NCBI GenBank assembly: GCA_000002445.1
Contig: CP000071.1
Span: forward strand, 832,001-896,000
Source of the DNA: Trypanosoma brucei
Lineage: Eukaryota
Reading direction: 5' to 3'
Length of the DNA: 64,000 nt
Below, one piece after another: positions 56,524 to 64,000 of this stretch. Within the stretch, counting starts at the first letter, position 1. Every line of letters starts with the position of its first letter. The position numbers and the translations under genes were made by a program. A model generated the notes under the pieces. That model saw nothing but the letters and a program-made list of their open reading frames with translations. It was not told the DNA's origin and made no database searches.

Positions 56524-56773
56524 TTTGTCGAGGCGCAAGGATGTATTAGCATAGTTTGCGCAGCGTACCGTTCTTGGTTTTCACCCCGTGGTTGCTTGGA
56601 CTCCTCCCCTGCTTGAAAGTTCTGTTTGTCCCTCTGTACACGAACTTGCTGTGCGTAACTGCCGTTCTTTATTGCTTTGTGCTTGAGCTGCTTCTCTCCC
56701 CTGTTGTATAGGAATTTGTATACCGTTTTGGGTTTTGTAGGCGGTGATTATGAAAGGCGCTCAGTTTTTGAAG

Positions 56774-58063
56774 ATGCCGTGTGTGCGTGTTTTACTAGTT
56801 CTCGTGAGGGTATTTTTTGTCCATCTGCCTTCTTTTGCTTTTGGGGATGCGTTTCCTGTGAATGGTGCGCGAGGAGGTAACAGCCAGGGCTACAATACCG
56901 ATGGCATGCATCCTATTCAAGCTGAGATGCTTCCTTATGTGCGTGACATGATTGACCACGCGTTTGGTTCATACATCAAATACGCCTTTCCCAAAGATGA
57001 ATTGTGTCCTGTGAGTGGTACTGGGAAGAATACGATGGGTGGCTATGGCTGGACCCTTATTGACTCTCTCGATACACTAGCAATTGCCGGGTTTCACAAA
57101 GAATTTCGTCGCCACGCGAAGTGGGTGGAAGAGCACTTGACCTTCGATATTGACGAATCAGTGTCGGTATTTGAGACGACTATTCGAGCTCTTGGAGGTC
57201 TTCTGGCTGCTCACTTCATGTACGAGGAGGGCATAGTCCCAATTATCCCTTCGGAGCACGACTACAACGGCGGGTTCTTGCGGCTCGCTGTGGATCTTGC
57301 AGATCGTCTGATGCCCTGTTTTGACACGCCCACTGGGATACCATATGGAAAGGTTAATTTACGCAGTAAAAGTAAGGAAATGTGGATTTCGAGATCAAAT
57401 ACAGCTGAAGTTGGCACGATGTTAATGGAAATGACGGTACTGTCGAGGATCACAGGCGATGAAAAATACGAGCGTGCGGCGCGGCGTGCATCTGAGGCTC
57501 TTTTTGCGGCCAGAGATTCTCAAACTGAGCTTATGGGGACGTATGTGTCTGTGAGTAGTGGCGGTTTTTCCTCTTCGGAGTCTTCTGTTGCAGGGAACAT
57601 TGATAGCGTCATTGAATACTTTATCAAATCACATAGTATGAGTGGGGACATTGGGGACTGGGAGCGGTTCGAGAGGACTGCGAGAGCTGTGAACCGCTAT
57701 GTGCGGAAGGGTGGAATGCTGCTAGCAGCTAGCATGTATAGTGGACGGCGGCTGCAGACGTCCCAGGAATCTTTGTCATCATTTTTTCCTGGGAACTTGG
57801 TTCTTGGCGGCCATCTCCACGAGGCTGTAGAAAGTTCGTGGCCAATTCATACGTTCTTCAAACATTTTGGCGTTCTGCCGGAGATATTTTCCTTGGAATC
57901 TGGCGAGCCGTCGTGGATATCACATGACTACATTGGTCGACCTGAGCATATCGAGTCTCTGTATATGCTTTACCGTGCAACACGAGATCCTACATACCTC
58001 TTGATGGGAAAAGAACTGGCACTGGCCATTAACTTGCCTGCGTTGAGCTGTTTTTTTTTTTGA
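56774..58063 (+). pseudogene. GH47 alpha-mannosidase copy 4, 3'-truncated at the right array boundary (429 aa from MPCVRV, then a 9-aa unrelated tail and stop). It carries the same 66-bp replacement patch as copy 3.
   Basis: Identity to copy 3 stops at 58035 within ...LALAINL. It is followed by PALSCFFF* and a T11 run. Confidence 0.6.
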
Positions 58064-58665
58064 AAGGGTGCATCATGAATGGTTTTGGACTTAGTATTGC
58101 AGAGTATTGTTGTTTACCGTTATCTTTCTCTAAACGCACCTGTCTTCCCCGTTTATTTACATAGCTGCGTGCAAGAGGGTGAAAATTTTAGAAAGCCTAC
58201 CCAACCCAACCCTCTCCGCCAGCACGGGAGACGGGTTAAAGACGCTTTCAGTACTTCCATGTCTTTGGTAAACTATCGTTAAAATTCATATTTTGTGTAG
58301 GATGATGAGGAACGCTTACTGGTTCTTCAGCATGATAATTATTTCTTATATCTTTCTTGTGGGTGGTAAAAGGGAAGCTAATGACTAAACTATTTTGCTT
58401 TTTTTATAATTTGATGATTCTGTTGGTGGATGTTTTTTATGTCCTCTGTTTTATTTTATTTAAGTTTATTTTTTTGTTTCTTTGTTGATTCTTTCCCTCT
58501 ATTATATATATATTTACTGTTTTTTTTATTTTTTATTTTTTTTGTTAAACACACCAATTTATGCGCTAGTTGGTGAGTATTCCTTGAAAACATATGCTGT
58601 TTTCTTGTGTTGACCCTGTTGTGTTTCTTTATATATATGCATATATATATTTCCTGTAGATTAGC

Positions 58666-60135
58666 ATGTTGTCTCGTTCATCTCAGGATCCCTTTACTGG
58701 GGAACTGGATTCTCTTGCCATGGTGCACGAGGTCATGAAGTTTGTTCCTTATAATCGTCGTACGTTGTGTACAATGCGGTGTGTTTCCAAACCGTATCGT
58801 CGTGCCGTGCAGCATCCTAAGGGGCCGTGGTCTTGTCATGAGGATATGATGATATCAAGATACGGTCAGTGTATTATATTTAATGCTATGGATGATGAGG
58901 ACGGTCGCTCAAGCTTCCGTCTTTGCTCTGTATCGCCGGTGGGCCGGAAATTCGAGACGTTCAGCGCGAATATGCTTAGTCGGTACCACCAACGTGTAGC
59001 AGACGGGTTAACTCGCCTTGTTCTTCATCATTCCCCTGTGGAAGTGGAGTTCTTCGAAGCCCTAGCTGCGTTGACGAACCTGCGTGCACTTGAACTAGTG
59101 GCATGTCGTAACATTAAGTCGATTAGCGGAGCCAGCCATGCGGCTAACCTCGAGTCACTTGAGGTGCACCTATGCCCTCTGGAAGCAGACGGCGTTGTAG
59201 GTCTTTGCTTGCCCAGGTTGAGACGGTTGAAGTTGCGTTCTTGTTATAAGCTAACCTTTGTTAATGGGATTCCTCCAGAAACGGCTGCATCCCTGGAAGA
59301 GTTGTACCTGGAGAACTGCAATGTTTATGATGGCAGCGTTAACGAGCTGTTTGGCAACCTCACGTCGAAACTTCGTGTGCTTCACTTGCCGAGCACTCAT
59401 GTTGATGCCGCTCTCACCGCTATTCCTGAGGAGGTACGTAGTGCGGGGCTTATGTCTCTGCATCTCCGTGAGACTCCCTTGAGATTTGAAACGCTATGTG
59501 AGCTGGCACCCTCGCTACAGGATAAACTGGAGTTCCTCTCGCTGGAGGGGTGCACAGGGTTGGAGAGTTTTGAACCTCTGGGAAGGTTGCAGCAGCTTCG
59601 ATTCCTGGATGTTTCCGGATCATTCCATGGTGAAGGCCTGCACTTTCTCACATGCTGTACAAAGCTAGAACTGTTCCGGATGGGTGATTCACAGATAGAG
59701 AATATCATGTTTCTTTCGTCCTTGCAGTTTCTTCGTGTGTTGGACGCACCAAAGTCTGTTCTTAGCGATCCTTCGCTGATGTTTCTTGAAGCTCTCCCCA
59801 TGTTGGACACGGTTGTCCTTACAGGTTGCATCCTTATCACTAATGTCAATGTACTGTCCACGTGCCCGAGAATTCGTCGGATATTTTGTGCCCGAACAAG
59901 CGTCACAAATGAAGGTGTTACGCTCTTATCGGACTGTCCTGAGCTAGAGGAGCTTGATCTTCGAATGACTGCGGTCACCGATGTTAATTTCCTCGCAGAT
60001 TGTTCTTCTTTAAAGAGCATAAACGTGGGAAGCGCAGTGACAAGTATTGATGGCCTTCAGTTATTGTTAAATAAAAAGGGATTAGAGGTAATTCACGACT
60101 CTTTTGATATGGAAACGGATCTCACGGACATGTAG
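58666..60135 (+). CDS. Leucine-rich repeat protein (489 aa)
   Basis: ATG start. Repeated LxxLxLxxC/N motifs (LRALELVACRNIKSISGASHAANLESLEVHLC; LEELDLRMTAVTDVNFLADCSSLKSINVG). Confidence 0.6.
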   Translation: MLSRSSQDPFTGELDSLAMVHEVMKFVPYNRRTLCTMRCVSKPYRRAVQHPKGPWSCHEDMMISRYGQCIIFNAMDDEDGRSSFRLCSVSPVGRKFETFSANMLSRYHQRVADGLTRLVLHHSPVEVEFFEALAALTNLRALELVACRNIKSISGASHAANLESLEVHLCPLEADGVVGLCLPRLRRLKLRSCYKLTFVNGIPPETAASLEELYLENCNVYDGSVNELFGNLTSKLRVLHLPSTHVDAALTAIPEEVRSAGLMSLHLRETPLRFETLCELAPSLQDKLEFLSLEGCTGLESFEPLGRLQQLRFLDVSGSFHGEGLHFLTCCTKLELFRMGDSQIENIMFLSSLQFLRVLDAPKSVLSDPSLMFLEALPMLDTVVLTGCILITNVNVLSTCPRIRRIFCARTSVTNEGVTLLSDCPELEELDLRMTAVTDVNFLADCSSLKSINVGSAVTSIDGLQLLLNKKGLEVIHDSFDMETDLTDM

Positions 60136-61584
60136 AAGAGGTTTAAAATGAGGAAAATATACTTTGGAGCGGTGGAGAGTGCTTGCTGAGGTCGGAGAGA
60201 GGAGCTGAATGGGGGATTTTGTGGAGGAGTTAGAACATTGTGTTTGTTGTTGATGGGGATCGTGCGATGTCCCTCTACCGTTTCGATTCCGCCTCCTTTC
60301 TTCCTTACTCGTGTAATGCCGCTGTGTGAAGCGTTGGCCGTTTGGCGTTACCGTTTTCCCTTATTTTCTGTTTCTACCACTGTCGTTACGCTGCCCAAGT
60401 TTCTGGTTATGATAAATGCTACCGTACCCCGCTGCTCCCTTTCGTCTGCTTTGTAGACGTATAAATGTTTGTGTGTGCTCTTCGCCGTGCGTACCTCATC
60501 GGGGATCGCTGATTATATCCGACTTTTTACTCACATTTGTACGGGGGATGCTCTGTGCCCTTGTGCCGCAGGGCGGTAGTGCTGGTTGGTTTCGTTGCGT
60601 CCTCAAAGTGCGAATGATGTGCGACATGTCTGTTGGGGCAACTCTATGTGTAAGAGTGCCAGGATGTGACAGCTACGGCTTTCACTGCGTGGCGGACCAG
60701 AACGTTAGTTCTGTTTGATGTCGTACTGCGTAAATGCAGTCGAACAAACGCTAGTAATCCCTACTTCTGGTCACGATGTGCGGTCGCGGCCAGTAGAAGT
60801 TGACATATCGAACTTTGGTGTGTGTACAGGTTGTGTGTTTGCTTTTTACTGACCCTCGACGTTTTTGAGAGGTGCATTTCACGGGCAGCGGGGAGCCTTT
60901 GAGGTGTGCGGTAGGTATACCATTGTGTTTGTCGAGGGTTTTCAACCCGTACCCACGTCCACTAAACCAAGGTGGAAAGAGTTTAGTTGGTTTCGCGGGG
61001 AAATACGGGTGGTGCCGCCTGTTTTCCTTCGGGGAATTGAACCATCTCTTTTTCTCATTTTGTGCTTGCATGTGTGCGTAGGAGCAATGAGAAAAGATAC
61101 ACCCTCTAGCTTTTTACACTTGTCGAGAGTGCGGCGGAGCGAGCGAAGGGGCATTTTTTACCCGCCGACAGAGCTCCCGTGGTGCAAATGTTTGCTCTCT
61201 GAAACGCGTTTAGGGGTTAGAAGGAAACGTTGGTGTGCACCTCTTCCCCATGTTTCCCTTTTCCCCCCTTGATGCTACTCTTCGTTCCTTACCGCTTCTC
61301 CCTGATCTTCCGGACTTCGGTTTACTTAGGCATCTGCTTCCGTCTTTCCTCACTTTCTCCCTTCACGTCGTGCTGTGCTGGCAACACAATAGCTTTTCCT
61401 TGCCTCACCCGTGGAAGCTAGCACTGCCTTTCTGAAGGGGAGGCGCACCGTTTCAGCTGTGCGGAAGGGTAACGTCTACGCGTTTTTGTGAGTCGCTTGC
61501 GCTCTACCATCTGCGTCTTTGTTTGAAAGGGGCGTGGAGGAAGAGGAAAAGGTGAAGTGTTGGTGAGGCGCGAGAGAAGATCGG

Positions 61585-63249
61585 ATGGGCGGGAACCGAC
61601 GGCACATGGGCAGCATCCCTGGCAAAAGTGATGTCGGGGAACCGGGAGCTGATTTGCCTCCAGCACCACCTGTCGATCTGTGCGATGATCAGTTACGGAT
61701 GGCTAGCACCATCAAATCGTTTCATTACAAGTTACAGCAACGGATGACTACTGCAGGTGATAGGACTTGCACCCAAGAAACGGAGGAGGAGAGGTGGTTT
61801 CGCCTAATTGCCGAGGAGAGCGAGCAAATGAAGTCGTACACAGCTGCCATGCACGGCATTGCTACGCAATATTGGGACCCACAAGAGGATAAGTTGAGGG
61901 ATGGAGGGCAAACAAAGAGTTGTGTTACTTGTCCACCCATCACCACCAGAGTTATTCCTTCTAATGATGCTATTTGCGTCACAAAGCGTGTGCGGGATAC
62001 CGAAACTGTAGTAGTCGGAAGTGCGTGCGAGAGACAGAGAGCAGCTTGCTTGCGGCACAATGACCGGATCAAGTATTCATTGCAGTGTGTGACCGAGTAT
62101 TTTCTTGGAATCTGTCGCGTACCACCGTTGATAGCATCAGGAGACACCAACCGCAGCACCTGCAGTGAGGTAGCAGATGTGTTGTCTTGCTCAGCGGTGG
62201 CGGGGGCCGTATACTATGAGAAGCTTCCCCTCTTAGCCTCTTCGTCGGTGAAGAGGTGGCGAAGGACTTATTACGATACTCATGGTCGGCAGGCATATCC
62301 TTATGAGATCGACGCCGAAGCTTACCGAGTGTTGTTGGCGTCGGAAAGAACCGTGAGAGATGGTAATACTGCAGCGCCAGTGTGCCCGCTATCGTCGTCT
62401 GGGCTTGTTACTACCGGCACTGCCGGAGGTACAGCAGCTAACTACATGACGATGTCACGCACGGAGGCTTGCCGCCGGATCAATCTTGACTGCCCGCATC
62501 CACGGTTACTTGGCCAGCAGAGGGTCCCACCGTTGCTTGTTCTCGACATTGGTTCGTGTTACGGTCCGTTTGGTGGTAGGATCGTTACGAACGGCGTTCT
62601 GCAGGTGCCGTTGGCGGTGACGGCGCTAGATTTGAGTCCCTACGAGGGTAGTGGTGTCATTAAGGCTGACTGGCTCGCTATCCGTTTTCACGATAGTGAC
62701 GGAGCTACGGGGCGGTGTAGTTGTGATGATGAGGGCTGTATAAGTGGGACGACTTTCGATGACCATGGCCACGCTGATTGCGGTGTATCACTCGTTAGGT
62801 GGTGTGATGAAGAGAGTGGTAAATACGAAGGGACGGGAAGTGCCAGGAGGATTCTTTCTCTTGCGCGTGGTGCGTTCGATGTGGTTTTCTTTTGCCTGCT
62901 GCTTTCATTCTTGCCACATCCTAGGTTACGATACCGTGCCTGCCTGCATGCCTACCTGGCCCTGAAGGACGGGGGTCTGCTTGTGATTGTTAGCACGCGG
63001 ACTCAGGGCGCTCGACGCAGCCTCTGGGTTGACGAATGGATTAAGTGCATAGAAGGAATCGGGTTTAAGAGAGTGCACAAAAACGTAATGAAACAGATTG
63101 TCGGGTTGAGTTTCAGCAAACAGCCAGCCAGTGAGGTCAGCGGTGACGACTCTGTGTTGTGTGGTGCGGAGGCGTGGGTGGAACGCATGATGAACCGCGC
63201 AGATGCGCTAGGTGGTCTCCGCACCATCGGCGATGAAAGCCCATGGTGA
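61585..63249 (+). CDS. Hypothetical protein (554 aa) with a C-terminal class I SAM-dependent methyltransferase-like fold (Rrp8-like motifs)
   Basis: Motif I-like PLLVLDIGSCYGPFGG, acidic beta2 end VTALDLSP, and DVVFFCLLLSFLPHP...LHAYLALKDGGLLVIV. The last resembles the Rrp8 family DVAVFCLSLMG...VLKPGGLLKVAE. Confidence 0.45.
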   Translation: MGGNRRHMGSIPGKSDVGEPGADLPPAPPVDLCDDQLRMASTIKSFHYKLQQRMTTAGDRTCTQETEEERWFRLIAEESEQMKSYTAAMHGIATQYWDPQEDKLRDGGQTKSCVTCPPITTRVIPSNDAICVTKRVRDTETVVVGSACERQRAACLRHNDRIKYSLQCVTEYFLGICRVPPLIASGDTNRSTCSEVADVLSCSAVAGAVYYEKLPLLASSSVKRWRRTYYDTHGRQAYPYEIDAEAYRVLLASERTVRDGNTAAPVCPLSSSGLVTTGTAGGTAANYMTMSRTEACRRINLDCPHPRLLGQQRVPPLLVLDIGSCYGPFGGRIVTNGVLQVPLAVTALDLSPYEGSGVIKADWLAIRFHDSDGATGRCSCDDEGCISGTTFDDHGHADCGVSLVRWCDEESGKYEGTGSARRILSLARGAFDVVFFCLLLSFLPHPRLRYRACLHAYLALKDGGLLVIVSTRTQGARRSLWVDEWIKCIEGIGFKRVHKNVMKQIVGLSFSKQPASEVSGDDSVLCGAEAWVERMMNRADALGGLRTIGDESPW

Positions 63250-63733
63250 ATGTGCTGGTCTCTGTTAGGTTTACCGATAACATGGGTGTGGTACTAGTCT
63301 CCACTTCTTGGAGCGAAATCTATCGCTTGCCCTGTTTCATATCTTGTGTTTCTTCTCGTTCGTCTGACGTGGCCAATGTGGTTGTGTGTGCTAGTTATTT
63401 TGCTGCTACACTGTGCGTACCATGTGGTTGCATGCATGTTCGTCGTGTGTGGTGTGGGGGCAGTTTGTGCGCGGCATTTCGAGAGGGATGTTCCCACTTC
63501 CCTCGTTGCTACTGTTTGTGTTTCCTCTCCGTTGTGGTTTGCGAGCAGCGCTTGACCGTAGGCAGATGTCGGCCCTTCAGGGTTGGCACCAAGTAACGTG
63601 CATCTGCGTTTTTACCCATTAATGAGGAAACACTGTTCTGAAGGTGCGGTACACTGTTCTTCACATTTTCTTACATTAGCCCTCGTAGAAAACGCGTAGT
63701 ACCCAAATTTTTTATTGTTTTACCCGGCGGAAG

Positions 63734-64000
63734 ATGGAGTTGCATATTTTCGACTTCGACGGGACCATATTCAACTCTCCAACGCCCTCCGCCCGTTTGA
63801 AAACCACGCAGGGATCGAGGGTATATGGGCAACTGATGCGGCCGCTCCAGGACAACGGTTTGGGTTGGTTTCAGAGTCTCAGTACGCTGTCACCACCTGC
63901 GGTGCCGGAGAAGCCAGAGGAAGAGAAGTGGTACATCGCCCCTGTCCTCGCGCGGATTCGTCAGCTGAATGAGCGCCGCAGGGATGACAAGCTTCGTGGT
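63734..64000 (+). CDS. 5' end (89 codons, runs off the window) of a HAD-superfamily-like protein
   Basis: ATG at 63734 gives MELHIFDFDGTIFNSPTPSARLKTTQGSRVYGQLMRPLQDNGLGWFQ... with HAD motif I (hhhDxDGTh). The frame is open to the window end. The track omits it because it has no stop. Confidence 0.4.
   Translation, partial: MELHIFDFDGTIFNSPTPSARLKTTQGSRVYGQLMRPLQDNGLGWFQSLSTLSPPAVPEKPEEEKWYIAPVLARIRQLNERRRDDKLRG

Larger units (their letters stand above)
49699..58035 (+). repeat. Head-to-tail tandem gene array with a 2020-bp unit (about 4.1 units): a 3' gene fragment, three full GH47 genes and a 5'-truncated gene. Intergenic spacers are near-identical.
   Basis: Unit ATGs at 52734, 54754 and 56774 are spaced exactly 2020 bp apart. 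Homology starts abruptly at 49699 (gcggctgcagacgtcccagg...) and ends at 58035 (aacttgcc|tgcgttgagctgttttttttttt). Confidence 0.9.

Noticed and set aside
50164-56538. Recurring antisense and off-frame ORFs inside the mannosidase units (for example the 114-aa minus ORFs at 50164, 52154, 54174 and 56194; the 88-aa, 77-aa and 68-aa sets)
   Set aside because: They recur only because the 2020-bp unit is duplicated. They overlap the strongly supported sense GH47 frame and have no independent support.
1-64000. A prokaryotic defence, mobile-element or CRISPR system anywhere in the window
   Set aside because: Gene structure, codon usage, eukaryotic tRNA/7SL/U3 genes, polyY-AG signals and the protein families present (XRN, PARN, EDEM-like GH47, EB1-like CH domain) all indicate a trypanosomatid nuclear chromosome. 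No transposase, integrase, restriction-modification or cas-like sequence was seen.

Overview
This window is not prokaryotic. It looks like a trypanosomatid nuclear chromosome segment, most likely from the Trypanosoma brucei group, and I found no prokaryotic defence, CRISPR or mobile-element system. The evidence for that reading:
- Dense same-strand gene arrays.
- Polypyrimidine tract plus AG (trans-splice-type) signals a few nt upstream of first ATGs.
- No introns.
- Microsatellite-rich AT intergenic DNA.
- tRNA genes clustered where two gene arrays converge.

The supplied ORF track is bacterial-style: it calls GTG/TTG as M, so several track starts are upstream of the real ATG. Real ATG starts were re-derived from the sequence.

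Layout:
1. 1-5400 is a gene-poor, AT-rich, microsatellite-dense region.
2. 5.6-21.8 kb is a plus-strand gene array:
- an acetyl-CoA-synthetase gene relic;
- an EF-hand protein;
- an XRN-family 5'-3' exoribonuclease;
- a 1292-aa protein with 34 tandem 17-aa (51-bp) Q/P-rich repeats;
- two hypothetical proteins;
- a PARN deadenylase homologue.
3. 22-33.6 kb is a convergent strand-switch region without convincing protein genes. It carries ten tRNA genes in three groups, a U3 snoRNA gene 97 bp downstream of a divergent tRNA-Arg(ACG), and a 7SL (SRP) RNA gene 97 bp divergent from a tRNA-Lys(CTT). This is the classic trypanosomatid tRNA-promoted Pol III small-RNA arrangement.
4. 33.6-44.2 kb is a minus-strand array: two long coiled-coil proteins and a 1131-aa protein with a presequence-like N-terminus.
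5. 44.2-46.2 kb is a divergent strand-switch region.
6. 46.2-64 kb is a plus-strand array:
- an EB1-like CH-domain protein;
- a head-to-tail 2020-bp-unit array of GH47 EDEM-like alpha-mannosidase genes (a 3'-only fragment, three full copies and a 5'-truncated copy);
- an LRR protein;
- an Rrp8-like methyltransferase-fold protein;
- the 5' end of a HAD-like (DxDGT) protein.

The most interesting points are the tRNA/small-RNA Pol III locus (including an orphan candidate small RNA next to tRNA-Gly), the mosaic mannosidase array with a 66-bp in-frame replacement of a conserved motif in two copies, the higher-order structure of the 51-bp coding repeat, and the acetyl-CoA synthetase relic.
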